From Chloroflexota bacterium (GTDB taxonomy: Bacteria; Chloroflexota; Limnocylindria; Limnocylindrales; CSP1-4): DNA of 61,163 bases. The stretch covers positions 1 to 61,163 of the forward strand of contig JBHOQO010000075.1 in assembly GCA_042408925.1 (NCBI GenBank). Reading direction: 5' to 3'. Both the position numbers and the translations under genes were made by a program. A model generated the notes under the pieces. That model saw only the letters and a list, made by a program, of their open reading frames with translations. It was not told where the DNA came from and made no database searches. Shown here piece after piece: positions 37,277-49,291 of this stretch; positions within the stretch are counted from its first letter, which is position 1; the number at the start of each line of letters is the position of its first letter.

Positions 37277-37518
37277 TATGCACTTATGCGCAGAGCATAC
37301 CATCTGGGTGGGTGGGCTCCGCGGGTTTGGAACGTCTCCTCCTGCTCGGTGGGCAGGCCGGTGGTGCGGCGACCGTCGACACCCACGTGGGGCGTTTTCC
37401 GAGGGGCGCAGTCGCCGTACGAAGCTCCCGGGCTTCGAGCCCGTCTCGCCGGCAATCGCATGGCATGACGCCGACCGCCATACAACCAGAGATGAGTTGA
37501 CGAACGACCCGCTGCTCC

Positions 37519-37527
37519 TGGTACACT
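37519..37527 (+). promoter_or_regulatory. Extended -10 promoter candidate for the ilv leader
   Basis: TGgTACACT matches TGnTANNNT, about 90 nt before the leader GTG. Confidence 0.5.
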
Positions 37528-37617
37528 GCGCTTGCTTCGCCCCGGGGCTTGCCCGAGGCGGGCGCGCGAACGCCCGGCCCTGTGGGCCGGACCCGAACGA
37601 GTGGAGCAGCGAGCCTC

Positions 37618-37839
37618 GTGTTCGACGGACGAGACCCAGACCGCCGCCCCGCCGCCGTCGTCCTGACGACGAACGGTCGCCAGGCGAGCCTGCCGCTCGC
37701 TGCCTTCCGACTCGTCGACGTATCGCTCCTCGGGCTCCTTCGCTCGCTTCTTGCCGGCCTCGAGGACCTTATTGGCCTCCTCCTTATTGCCGGCCCCCGG
37801 CGAGAGAACGGAGGGATCCGGAGGAACGATCGCAGCTAG
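37618..37839 (+). CDS. Leu/Ile/Val-rich leader peptide of an ilv-leu attenuator
   Basis: 16 of the 26 codons at 37711-37788 encode L/I/V, including rare CTT x5, ATT x2 and GTA. Stop lies 23 nt before a terminator. Start uncertain (GTG 37618 or TTG 37549). Confidence 0.65.
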   Translation: MFDGRDPDRRPAAVVLTTNGRQASLPLAAFRLVDVSLLGLLRSLLAGLEDLIGLLLIAGPRRENGGIRRNDRS

Positions 37840-37862
37840 CGCCATCGGACCACCGAAACCCG

Positions 37863-37899
37863 AAGGGACCCTCGCCGGGAGGCGAGGGTCCTTTGTTGT
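37863..37899 (+). terminator. Attenuator terminator before ilvB
   Basis: Stem AAGGGACCCTCGCC-GGGA-GGCGAGGGTCCTTT (14 bp, one G.U) followed by GTTGT. Its 5' arm can alternatively pair with GAGGGATCC at 37811-37819. Confidence 0.8.
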
Positions 37900-37979
37900 C
37901 GGCCGGGTTGCACCCGCGCCGACGGACGCGAGAACCACCCAACCACGAGGCAGAAGGCGATACAGAGGAGACGTCGGCG

Positions 37980-39886
<1,907 letters not shown>

Positions 39887-39890
<4 letters not shown>

Positions 39891-40519
39891 GCGCCGATCC
39901 CAACTCGAACGGCCGCGCCCCGGCCGACCCGACCGCGATCGCTCCGACCGGCCAGGCACCCGCCCCGGCCCATGCCGCCCCGCGCGAGCGGGCCGTCCCC
40001 GGAACCGGCGAGAAGCACCGCCACGTCCTCGTCGCCATCGTCCTCAACCGGCCGGGCGTCCTCAACCGGGTCGCCTCGCTCATGCGGGCCCGGAACTTCA
40101 ACATCGAATCCCTCGCCGTCAGCCACACCGACCAGCCCGACGTCAGCCGGATGACGATCACCCTCTACGGCGACGACGTCGCGGTCGAGCAGGCGGCGAA
40201 GCAGCTCTACCGGCTCATCGACGTCCTGAAGGTCCAGGACGTCACCGCCGAGCCGACGATCGAGCACGAGCTCGCCCTCGTGAAGGTCCGGGCGACCGAG
40301 CGCACCCGCTCGGAAGTCATCAAGATCGTCGAGCTCTACCGGGGCCGGATCGTCGATCTCTCGGCCGATCACGTCATCGCCGAGGCCGTGGGGACCGAGA
40401 GCGAGGTCGACGCCTTCGTCGCCCTCCTCCGCGGCTTCGGCATCAAGGAGCTCGTCCGGACCGGGGCCGTCGTCATGAGCCGCGGTTCGGCCTCGATCGA
40501 GGAGGCGATCAAGCGATGA
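39887..40519 (+). CDS. ilvN: Acetolactate synthase small (regulatory) subunit
   Basis: [48 protein letters not shown]. Confidence 0.95.
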
Positions 40520-41568
40520 CAGCCCGGATGTACTACGACGCCGACGCCGATCCGGCGGCCCTCGCCGACCAGACCGTCGCCGTCATCGGCTACGGGAGTC
40601 AGGGCCACGCCCACGCCCTGAACCTCCACGACTCGGGCGTCCGGGTCGTCGTCGGGCTCGCCCCGGGGAGCAAGAGCCGACCCCTCGCCGAAGAGGCGGG
40701 CCTGGCGGTCGCCGACGTCGCCGAGGCGACTCGCCGGGCGGACGTCGTCATGATCCTCGTGCCGGACACGGCCCAGAAGGACGTCTACGACGCCGAGATC
40801 GGGCCGAACCTGCGGCCGGGCCAGCTCCTCATGTTCGCCCACGGCTTCAACATCCACTTCGGGCGGATCGATCCGCCGGCCGACGTCGACGTCGGCATGG
40901 TCGCCCCGAAGGGCCCCGGACACCTCCTGCGAAGCGTCTACCAGCAGGGCGGCGGCGTCCCGGCCCTCTTCGCCGTCCATCGCGACGCCACCGGGACGGC
41001 TCGACCGCGGGTTCTCGCCTACGCCCGGGCCCTCGGCTGCACGCGGGCCGGCGTCCTGGAGACGACCTTCGCCGAGGAGACCGAGACGGATCTGTTCGGC
41101 GAGCAGGCCGTCCTCTGCGGCGGGACCGCCGCCCTCGTCAAGGCCGGCTTCGAGACCCTCGTCGAGGCCGGCTACCAGCCCGAGCTCGCCTACTTCGAGG
41201 TCCTCCACGAGCTGAAGCTCATCGTCGACCTCATGTACCGGGGCGGGCTGAACTTCATGCGCTTCTCGGTCTCCGACACGGCCGAGTACGGCGACTACGT
41301 CTCGGGGCCGCGGATCATCGACGACCACGTCCGGGCGACGATGAAGCAGATCCTGGCCGAGATCCAAGACGGCAGCTTCGCCCGGCGCTGGATCGAGGAG
41401 AACGAGCGCGGCCGGCCGGAGTTCAACCGGCTCCGCGAACGCGACCGCGATCATCTCATCGAGCGGATCGGGGCCGAGCTACGGGCCCAGATGCCGTTCA
41501 TCGACCCGGTCGTCGTGACGGCCGGGCAGGCGCAGGCCGCCGCGAGCGGCCGAGGAGGTTCTCGCTGA
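40516..41568 (+). CDS. ilvC: Ketol-acid reductoisomerase
   Basis: [49 protein letters not shown]. Confidence 0.98.
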   Translation: MTARMYYDADADPAALADQTVAVIGYGSQGHAHALNLHDSGVRVVVGLAPGSKSRPLAEEAGLAVADVAEATRRADVVMILVPDTAQKDVYDAEIGPNLRPGQLLMFAHGFNIHFGRIDPPADVDVGMVAPKGPGHLLRSVYQQGGGVPALFAVHRDATGTARPRVLAYARALGCTRAGVLETTFAEETETDLFGEQAVLCGGTAALVKAGFETLVEAGYQPELAYFEVLHELKLIVDLMYRGGLNFMRFSVSDTAEYGDYVSGPRIIDDHVRATMKQILAEIQDGSFARRWIEENERGRPEFNRLRERDRDHLIERIGAELRAQMPFIDPVVVTAGQAQAAASGRGGSR

Positions 41569-43208
41569 TGGCGACGTCAGTACCTCGCCCGAGCGGGCCC
41601 TTCGTCCCCGAGGGGACCGTCCGGATCTTCGACACGACCCTCCGCGACGGCGAGCAGGCCCCGGGCGCCGGCCTCACCGCCGCCGAGAAGCTCGAGGTCG
41701 CCCGGGCCCTCGCCCGGCTCCGGGTCGACGTCATCGAGGCCGGCTTCCCGGCCGCCTCGCCGGGCGACTTCGAGGCCGTCCGCCGGATCGCCCAGGAGAC
41801 GAAGGGCGGGATCGCCGTGGCCGCCCTCGCCCGTTGCCGGGACGGCGATCCGCAGCGGGCGATCGAGGCGATCCGGGTCGCCGAGCGGCCCCACCTCCAC
41901 GTCTTCATCGCCACCTCCGACATCCACCTCAAGCACAAGCTCCGGATGAGCCGCGAGGAGGCCCTCGCCGAGGCCGTCCGCTGGGTCCGCTACGGCCGCC
42001 AGCAGCTCGGCCGGGACGCCGAGATCGAGTTCAGCGCCGAGGACGCGAGCCGGACCGACCCCGAATTCCTCCTCCAGGTCTACGAGGCGGTCGTCGAGGC
42101 GGGGGCCTCGACGGTGAACATCCCCGACACCGTCGGCTACGCCATCCCGGGCGAGTTCGCGAGTCTCGTCCGCCGGGTCGTCGACCTCGTCGGCGACCAG
42201 GCGACGGTCTCGGTCCACTGCCACAACGACCTCGGTCTCGCCACGGCGAACACCCTCGCGGCCGTCCAGGCCGGGGCCCGGCAGGTCGAGGTCACGATCA
42301 ACGGCCTCGGCGAGCGGGCCGGCAACGCCTCCCTCGAAGAGGTCGTCATGGCCCTCCGGACCCGGCCGACCCAGTTCCCGAACCTCGCCCCCGGGGTCGT
42401 GACGGAGCAGATCACCGCCGCCTCCCGGCTCGTCTCCTATCTCACCGGTTTCCCGGTCCAGCCGAACAAGGCGATCGTCGGGGCGAACGCCTTCGCCCAC
42501 GAATCAGGGATCCACCAGGACGGGGTCATCAAGAACCCGCTCACCTACGAGATCATGACCCCCCAGTCCGTCGGTCTCGCCGGGAGCCAGCTGACGATCG
42601 GCAAGCTGTCCGGGCGGAAGGGCCTCCAGGCGAAGCTTCGCGAGCTCGGCCACGACGTCGAGGGCGAGCGCCTCGAGGAGATCTACCGGGCCGCCATCGC
42701 CCTCGCCGACACGAAAAAGGAGGTGACCGACGCCGACCTCCTCGCCCTCGTCGAGCAGCAGGCGGCCAAGGTCCCGGCCTCGGTCGAGCTCCTCGGCTGG
42801 AGCGTCACCTCGTCCAAGGGCGGCCGCTCGGTCGGGACCGTCTCGCTCGTCGTGGACGGCGAGGAGCGCTCGGTCGAGGCGTCGGGGAACGGCCCGGTGA
42901 ACGCCCTCTACGGGGCGATCGACGCCGCCGTCGAGCCGGTCCTCGGCTGGCACCCGATCCTGACCGAGTACGAGATCAAGGCCGTCTCGGCCGGGGAGGA
43001 CGCCCAGGGCCAGGTCCTCGTCCGCTGCCGTCGCTCCACCGACGACGGCCCGGGGGCGCTCGTCGTGAGCGGCCACGGCCTCTCGACGAACATCATCGAG
43101 GCCTCCCTCGAGGCCTACCTCGTCGCCCTGAACAAGCTCCACGGAGCGTCGATCGGCGGCGCCTCGGCGGCCTTCGTCTCGCCGCGGACGGCCGAGGAGC
43201 TGCCGTGA
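41568..43208 (+). CDS. leuA: 2-isopropylmalate synthase
   Basis: [37 protein letters not shown]; C-terminal allosteric domain with GNGPVNA. Confidence 0.97.
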   Translation: MATSVPRPSGPFVPEGTVRIFDTTLRDGEQAPGAGLTAAEKLEVARALARLRVDVIEAGFPAASPGDFEAVRRIAQETKGGIAVAALARCRDGDPQRAIEAIRVAERPHLHVFIATSDIHLKHKLRMSREEALAEAVRWVRYGRQQLGRDAEIEFSAEDASRTDPEFLLQVYEAVVEAGASTVNIPDTVGYAIPGEFASLVRRVVDLVGDQATVSVHCHNDLGLATANTLAAVQAGARQVEVTINGLGERAGNASLEEVVMALRTRPTQFPNLAPGVVTEQITAASRLVSYLTGFPVQPNKAIVGANAFAHESGIHQDGVIKNPLTYEIMTPQSVGLAGSQLTIGKLSGRKGLQAKLRELGHDVEGERLEEIYRAAIALADTKKEVTDADLLALVEQQAAKVPASVELLGWSVTSSKGGRSVGTVSLVVDGEERSVEASGNGPVNALYGAIDAAVEPVLGWHPILTEYEIKAVSAGEDAQGQVLVRCRRSTDDGPGALVVSGHGLSTNIIEASLEAYLVALNKLHGASIGGASAAFVSPRTAEELP

Positions 43209-44371
43209 GCGCCGGCTCGGAGGCGACCTACCGGGTCGTCGCGATCCCCGGCGACGGCGTCGGGCCGGAGGTCCTCGCCGCCGGGCGGGCCGTCGTCGAG
43301 GCGGCCCTCGCGGCCGACGGGGCGCGGGTCGTCTGGACCGAGATCCTCGCCGGCGGGGCGGCCATCGACGCCTACGGGGTCCCCTTGCGCGACGAGGACC
43401 TTGCCCGCGCCCACGACGCCGACGCCGTCTATCTCGGCGCCGTCGGCGGTCCGAAGTGGGACGACCCCCGGGCCGCCGTTCGGCCCGAGCAGGCCCTCTT
43501 CGCCCTCCGCGGCCGCCTCGAGCTTTTCGCCAACCTCCGGCCGGTGACGGTCCACCCGGCCCTCCGGGCGAGCGCGCCGGTCCGGGCCGACCTCCTCGAG
43601 GGCGTCGACCTCCTCATCGTCCGCGAGCTGACGTCGGGGCTCTACTTCGGCCGGCCGTCGGAGGAGCGGCAGACCGCCGAGGGCCGGGTCGCCGTCGACA
43701 CGCTCTGGTACACCGAGCAGGAGATCGCCCGGGTCGTCCGCCTCGCCTTCGAGCTTGCTCGCGGGCGCCGGCGGCACGTGACGAGCGTCGACAAGGCGAA
43801 CGTCCTCGCCACCTCGCGCCTCTGGCGGAAGGTCGTCGAGGAGATCGCCCCCGAGTTCCCGGAGGTCCGCCACGAGCACCGGCTCGTCGACGCCTGCGCC
43901 ATGCAGCTCGTCCGCCGCCCGGCCGATTTCGACGTCCTCGTCACCGAGAACCTCTTCGGCGACATCCTCTCCGACGAGGCGAGCGTCCTCGCCGGCTCGC
44001 TCGGGATGCTTCCCTCGGCCTCCCTCGGGGAGCGGCGGACCGCCCACGGGCTCTTCGGCCTCTACGAACCGATCCACGGCTCGGCTCCGGACATCGCCGG
44101 GCGCGACGTGGCGAACCCGATCGGCACGATCCTCTCGGGTGCGATGCTCTGCCGGACGTCCCTCGGGCGCGAGGCGGCGGCCGAGGCGATCGAGACCGCC
44201 GTCACCCGGGCCATCGACGACGGGTTCCGGACCCCCGATCTGCTGCCGGCCGATCCCGCCGAAGCCGAGCGCTGCCGTCTCGTCGGGACGAAGGAGATGA
44301 CGGCCGCCATCGTCGACCGGATCGCGATTCTTCGGCCGGCGCCGGCATCGCCGGTGGCCGGCCGACGCTGA
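43205..44371 (+). CDS. leuB: 3-isopropylmalate dehydrogenase
   Basis: GDGVGPEV, GAVGGPKWD, VRELTSGLYFG, VDKANVL, NLFGDILSDEA, YEPIHGSAPDIAG. GTG 43205. Confidence 0.97.
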   Translation: MSAGSEATYRVVAIPGDGVGPEVLAAGRAVVEAALAADGARVVWTEILAGGAAIDAYGVPLRDEDLARAHDADAVYLGAVGGPKWDDPRAAVRPEQALFALRGRLELFANLRPVTVHPALRASAPVRADLLEGVDLLIVRELTSGLYFGRPSEERQTAEGRVAVDTLWYTEQEIARVVRLAFELARGRRRHVTSVDKANVLATSRLWRKVVEEIAPEFPEVRHEHRLVDACAMQLVRRPADFDVLVTENLFGDILSDEASVLAGSLGMLPSASLGERRTAHGLFGLYEPIHGSAPDIAGRDVANPIGTILSGAMLCRTSLGREAAAEAIETAVTRAIDDGFRTPDLLPADPAEAERCRLVGTKEMTAAIVDRIAILRPAPASPVAGRR

Positions 44372-44465
44372 CCCCGCCTCCGACGGTGGCGATCGAGGCG
44401 GCCGACCGGCGGATGCGGGACCCATCGACGGAACCGCCGCCTCCTCCTTCGAAGGGACCACTGCC

Positions 44466-46181
44466 ATGACGAACCGAACACCCGACGTCTCCGGCCCATC
44501 TCCGGCCGGTTCGCCCGCGGGCCAGCCGGTCGTCCTCTACGACACGACGCTCCGCGACGGCACCCAGGGCGAGAACATCACCCTCTCCCTCGCCGACAAG
44601 CTCCGGATCGCCCGCCTCCTCGACGAGTACGGGATGCCGTACATCGAGGGCGGCTGGCCGGGCTCGAACCCCAAGGACGTGGAGTTCTTCCGGGCCGCCC
44701 GACAGGTCCGCTGGGCGAACGCCAAGCTCGCCGCCTTCGGCTCGACCCGCCACCGCTCGAACCGTCCCGAACGGGACCCGAACCTCCGGGAGCTCGCCGC
44801 GGCCGAGACGCCGGTCGTGACGATCTTCGGCAAGAGCTGGCTCCTCCACGTCACCGAGGTCCTGGGTGCGACGCCGGCCGAGAACCTCGCCATGATCGCC
44901 GAATCGGTCGCCTTCCTGGTCGAGCGGGGACGCGAGGTCGTCTACGACGCCGAGCACTACTTCGACGGCTACCGGGCCGACCCGGCCTACGCCCTGGCGA
45001 CCCTTCGGGCGGCCCGGGAGGCCGGAGCCCGCACCCTCGTCCTCTGCGACACGAACGGCGGGACCCTCACCTCCGACCTCGTCCGGATCTTCACCGAGAC
45101 CCGGACCGCCCTCGAGGCGGACCCGGGTGCGCCCCCCGTCGTCTGGGGAATCCACACCCACAACGACGCCGAGCTCGCCGTGGCGAACTCCCTCGCCGCC
45201 GTCGAGGCGGGCGCCCGCCACGTCCAGGCGACGATCAACGGCTACGGCGAACGGTGCGGGAACGCCAACATGGTGAGCGTCCTCGCAAACCTCGCCCTCA
45301 AAACCGACCTTCCGCTCCTGCCGGTCGGCGGTGGGCCGTTGACCGAGCTGACCCGCCTGGCTCGGACCGTCGCCGAGATCGCCAACGTCGTCCCGAACGA
45401 CTACCAGCCGTACGTCGGCCGCTCCGCCTTCGCCCACAAGGGCGGCGTCCACGGGGCGGCGGTCGCCAAGGTGGAGCGGAGCTACCAGCACGTCGATCCC
45501 GCCCGGGTCGGCAACGCCGGCCGGCTCGTCGTGTCGGAGCTCGGCGGGAAGGCGAACACCCGGATCCGGGCCGAGCAGCTCGGCCATCGCCTCGACGGGG
45601 TCGTCGACCCGAAGGTCCTGAGCCAGCTCATCAAGCAGCTCGAGGCCGACGGGCTCGCCTTCGAGGGCGCCGAGGCGTCCTTCGAGCTCCTCATCCACCG
45701 CCACGAGCCCGGCTACGCCGCCCCGTTCCGGATCGTCGACTACACCGTCCTCGTCGAGCAGCGCGAGGGCCGCGAGCTCCTCGCCGAGGCGACGGTGAAG
45801 GTCGAGGTCGACGGCGAGGTCCTCCACACCGCCGCCGACGGCAACGGCCCGGTCCACGCCCTCGACGGGGCGCTCCGGAAGGCGCTCCGGGCCTTCTACC
45901 CGGAGCTCGACCGGGTCCACCTCATCGACTACAAGGTCCGGATCCTCGACGGCGAGCGGGCGACGGCGGCGAAGACCCGGGTCATCATCGAATCGACGGA
46001 CGGGGTCCGCCAGTGGGCGACGATGGGCTCGGACACCAACATCATCGCCGCCTCGGCAGCCGCCCTCGCCGATTCGCTCGAGTACGCGATCTGGAAGACG
46101 AACGCCGCGCCGCGGCGCCGGGACGAGCGCCAATTCGCGGTCGCCCGAGCCGGCGGCGCCAGTCAGGAGGCCGATCGATGA
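44466..46181 (+). CDS. cimA: Citramalate synthase
   Basis: YDTTLRDGTQGE, IEGGWPGSNPKD, FGKSWLLHV, DAEHYFDGY, SAFAHKGGVH, FEGAEASFEL. Confidence 0.92.
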   Translation: MTNRTPDVSGPSPAGSPAGQPVVLYDTTLRDGTQGENITLSLADKLRIARLLDEYGMPYIEGGWPGSNPKDVEFFRAARQVRWANAKLAAFGSTRHRSNRPERDPNLRELAAAETPVVTIFGKSWLLHVTEVLGATPAENLAMIAESVAFLVERGREVVYDAEHYFDGYRADPAYALATLRAAREAGARTLVLCDTNGGTLTSDLVRIFTETRTALEADPGAPPVVWGIHTHNDAELAVANSLAAVEAGARHVQATINGYGERCGNANMVSVLANLALKTDLPLLPVGGGPLTELTRLARTVAEIANVVPNDYQPYVGRSAFAHKGGVHGAAVAKVERSYQHVDPARVGNAGRLVVSELGGKANTRIRAEQLGHRLDGVVDPKVLSQLIKQLEADGLAFEGAEASFELLIHRHEPGYAAPFRIVDYTVLVEQREGRELLAEATVKVEVDGEVLHTAADGNGPVHALDGALRKALRAFYPELDRVHLIDYKVRILDGERATAAKTRVIIESTDGVRQWATMGSDTNIIAASAAALADSLEYAIWKTNAAPRRRDERQFAVARAGGASQEADR

Positions 46182-46732
46182 GCAACGCCATTGCCGCCGA
46201 GCCGGGAGCCGGCACGGCCCCCGGCCCGACCCTCGAGCTCGTCCGCTGGACGGTGACCTCGGGCAGCAACGTCCAGAGCCGGGGCGCCGTCGTCATCGGC
46301 GCCGGCGATCACCAGTGGGAGGCGTCGGCCGAGGGGAATGGCCCCATCGACGCCCTCTATCGGGCGGTCGACGCCGCCCTCGCCGACGTCCTCTCCGGAC
46401 ACCCGCGCCTCCTCGCCTTCGACATCCACGCCCTGACCGGCGGAACCGACGCCGAGGGCGAGGTCCGAGTCCGGGTCGCCCCGCCGGCCGAAGCCGGCGG
46501 GGTCCGGGCGTCCGGCGAATACGAGGGCCGGGCCCGCTCGACGAACATCGTCGCGGCTTCGATCGTCGCCTATATCGACGCCCTGAACCGGATCCTCGCC
46601 GAGGCCCACTGGCAGGGGGCGGCGGAATCGGCCGGCAACCGGCGCCGGGCGCGGCCGGCCCGGGGCGGCCGGCGGGCCGAGCTCGACGAGGAGGCGGGCC
46701 GGATCGACACGACCGAGTGGTTCAACCGCTAG
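46178..46732 (+). CDS. Stand-alone LeuA-type allosteric (regulatory) domain protein
   Basis: WTVTSG...EASAEGNGPIDALYRAVD...FDIHALTGGTDAEGEV...STNIVAASIVAYIDALN, collinear with the C-terminus of the leuA in this window. ATGA-coupled to cimA, with an AGGAGG RBS. Confidence 0.85.
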   Translation: MSNAIAAEPGAGTAPGPTLELVRWTVTSGSNVQSRGAVVIGAGDHQWEASAEGNGPIDALYRAVDAALADVLSGHPRLLAFDIHALTGGTDAEGEVRVRVAPPAEAGGVRASGEYEGRARSTNIVAASIVAYIDALNRILAEAHWQGAAESAGNRRRARPARGGRRAELDEEAGRIDTTEWFNR

Positions 46733-46792
46733 GCGGCGGGCGTCCGTGCCGCCGCACGACCGGCGGTTCGAGCCCGTAGACTCGTCTCCGCC

Positions 46793-47815
46793 ATGTACGG
46801 CGGATCCGATCCGACCCTGATCGCCGCGGCCGAGCGGTCCGCGCGGCTGGCCGGCGGCGGCGACCGCCGGCTCCGAGCCGAGACCCCGCTCGTCCCGGGG
46901 GCGGCGAGCCGGCCACCCGGCCCGATCGCCCACGCCGGCGAGCCGGGGGCCTTCGCCGAGGATGCCCTCCTCGCCTTCTTCGGCGACGTCGAGCGGCTCG
47001 CCCTCCCAAGCTTCCGGAGCGTCTTCGCGGCGGTCACCGAGGGGCGCGCGGCGGCCGGGGTCCTTCCGATCGAGAACCTCGTGAACGGGACGGTCCGCGA
47101 GAACTACGACCTCCTCCTCGAGCACGATCTCGTCATCGGCGGCGAGGTCGTCGTGCCGGTCCGGCTCTGCCTCGCCGCCCTGCCCGGCGAACGGCTCGAG
47201 GCGATCGAGCGGGTTTACTCCCACCTCCAGGCCCTCGGCCAGGCCGAGCGCTTCCTCCGCTCCCGACCCTGGCAGCTGCTGACGACGTACAACACGGCCG
47301 GGGCCGGGCGGCTCATCGCCGAGCGCGGCGAGCGGGGGGCCGCGGCGGTCCTCTCGCCGCGGGCGGCCGCCCTCTTCGGGCTCGAGGTCCTGGTCGAGGA
47401 CGTCGCCGACGTTCCGGACAACCGGACCCGCTTTCTCGTCGTCGCCCGGCCCGACGACGGGGCCTGCCCGGCCTGGCTGGCCGAGCAGGCGGCGCTCGTC
47501 GCCCGGCGGCGCGGCGCGACGCCGGACGGGGCCGAGTCCGCGAGCCCGGCGCTACGGACGACCCTCGTCCTGGCCGTCGAGAACGTCCCGGGGGCGCTGC
47601 TCCGGGTCCTCGCCGTCTTCGCCGAGCGGGGCCTGAACATGAGCAAGCTCGAGTCGCGGCCCTCGCGGGAGCGGGCCTGGGAGTACGTCTTCTGGGTGGA
47701 CCTCGACGGCGCCCTCCGGGCGGACGAGCCGGAGGGTGTCGAGACGCTCGCCGCCCTCGGCCGGGTCACGACGATGTGCCGGGTGCTCGGGGTCTACCCC
47801 GCGGGCGAGGCCTGA
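46793..47815 (+). CDS. pheA: Prephenate dehydratase (PDT plus ACT)
   Basis: GVLPIENLVNG, YSHLQALGQ, DNRTRF, PGALLRVL, NMSKLESRP, YVFWVD. Confidence 0.92.
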   Translation: MYGGSDPTLIAAAERSARLAGGGDRRLRAETPLVPGAASRPPGPIAHAGEPGAFAEDALLAFFGDVERLALPSFRSVFAAVTEGRAAAGVLPIENLVNGTVRENYDLLLEHDLVIGGEVVVPVRLCLAALPGERLEAIERVYSHLQALGQAERFLRSRPWQLLTTYNTAGAGRLIAERGERGAAAVLSPRAAALFGLEVLVEDVADVPDNRTRFLVVARPDDGACPAWLAEQAALVARRRGATPDGAESASPALRTTLVLAVENVPGALLRVLAVFAERGLNMSKLESRPSRERAWEYVFWVDLDGALRADEPEGVETLAALGRVTTMCRVLGVYPAGEA

Positions 47816-47926
47816 GCACGAGCCTGGCGGCGGGACGCCGGCTCCCCCTCGTTCGACAACGACACGTGACCGGACGCGTGGCACCCGCCGCCAGTGAAGG
47901 TCCCCGCCGCGACCGCGTCCGGTCCC

Positions 47927-48395
47927 TCAGGGTCGCGCTCGTTCGGCCACGTTCTGGACGGCGGCCAGCAAGCGACCCAGACAGGCGATGGCGCGACTCA
48001 GGCTCGCCGACTTCGCGCCTGCCTCCTGTGGGCGCCACCAACCCGCGGACGCAGCGAACTCAATCATCCGGCTCGTGTACTCGGGGCCGACGACGCGGCC
48101 GCTTCGCGGAGTCGGAACGAGACCCTCGCGGATGGCTGCTCGCGTGGACATCCGGGCGAGCTGGACGATGAGGGATTTGGGATCGGAAACGTCGTCTGGC
48201 ACCCTCGGGATGCGATGGACGGAGACGCCGAGAAACCTCGCGATCTGCGGCCGATCGGCCGACAACCACGCTTCCACCTCGCGAACGGCGATGCGGAAGC
48301 ACATGTGCGGCGCCGGCTGGGGGAGCCATCGGGCCCGCCCGGCGGGCGCGCAGGGAAAATCATCGTCGAGGTCGACGAGAACGACCCATGGAGAG
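47927..48395 (-). pseudogene. 5'-truncated DUF4276-like ATPase-partner gene
   Basis: SPWVVLVDLD...CAP...FRIAVREVEAWL...DPK...GRVVGPEYTS. The N-terminal part is missing and the frame is joined directly to the ATPase fragment. Confidence 0.65.
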
Positions 48396-49046
48396 TCTGC
48401 GCAGGCGCGCCTGCTGCGTGCGCTTCGGTGTCCGCGCGATCTGCTCCAGGAAGTCGCCTCCGTACGGATCGTTCGGCCTGCCGATGTACCGGTCGGGGTC
48501 ACGGATCAGCTGAGGGACGATGTGGAGATACCGGATCCCGTGGAGGAAGTCGACGACCTCGCGAAATTGGCGATTCGCGTTGACCTGCTCAAGGTGGGTT
48601 TGGCCGAGTCGAGCTTCGTCGGCTCGGTCCTCTTCGAGGGGCCGATCGAGGAGAAGCTCGCCGCAGCGGACGACGGTTTCCCGGGTTACAACGGGCGTCC
48701 GCTTTGCCCGCTGGGTGAAGGACAGCGTGTACTGCCAGCGATTCGGCTCGCCCGTCGTCCCGAGCCCGACGCTGACCGTGACAACCGGCTCTCGTCTCGC
48801 GCTCAGCGACCGAATGGCCGAGACGCCGCCTCGGGCCCGGACGGCGGCTTGGAGCCCGCCGCCCACCTCGACCAGATCCCTGAGAAACCGAACGGAATCG
48901 AGGAGGTTGGACTTGCCCGCAGCGTTCGGGCCGACGATGAAGACCCGGCGCGCCAACCCGACGTCGACGTCGCTGAAGTTTCGCCAGTTCCTCAATCTGA
49001 GCCGCGTGATCCGGAGCGGTTCTGTGAGCGGTGCCAACGGGGTCAT
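48360..49046 (-). pseudogene. 3'-truncated AAA_21/ABC-type ATPase
   Basis: ITRLRLRNWRNF, VGPNAAGKSNLLD (Walker A). No signature, Walker B or H-loop; the frame runs into partner-gene sequence near 48396 and stops at 48360. Confidence 0.75.
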
Positions 49047-49291
49047 TGCCCGGCATTATCGCTCCCGCGCCGGCCCCACTTCTTGAGCTTCGCACCGCCG
49101 GAGCGGGTCGGTGCCTCTCTCGCTTGGGACGCGACTCCGGTCGGGGTGTCGCGGATGGTCGCTGCTCGGCCGCGTTGAAGGACGAGGGAAGCCGCTTTGG
49201 GCGCCGGCCTACAATGGCGGCGACGCGATCACACGAGCGCCGGCCGCGCGTCGATCCGACCACGACGCGCCCAGTCCCAGGAGTCGCACGC

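Noticed and set aside
37155-37979. N-terminal extension of ilvB in the ORF track
   Set aside because: It runs through the riboswitch antisense, the promoter and the attenuator. The SD-supported start is 37980.
46761-46779. tRNA-like GGTTCGAGCCC T-loop
   Set aside because: The T-stem is incomplete, and there is no D-arm, anticodon arm or acceptor stem.
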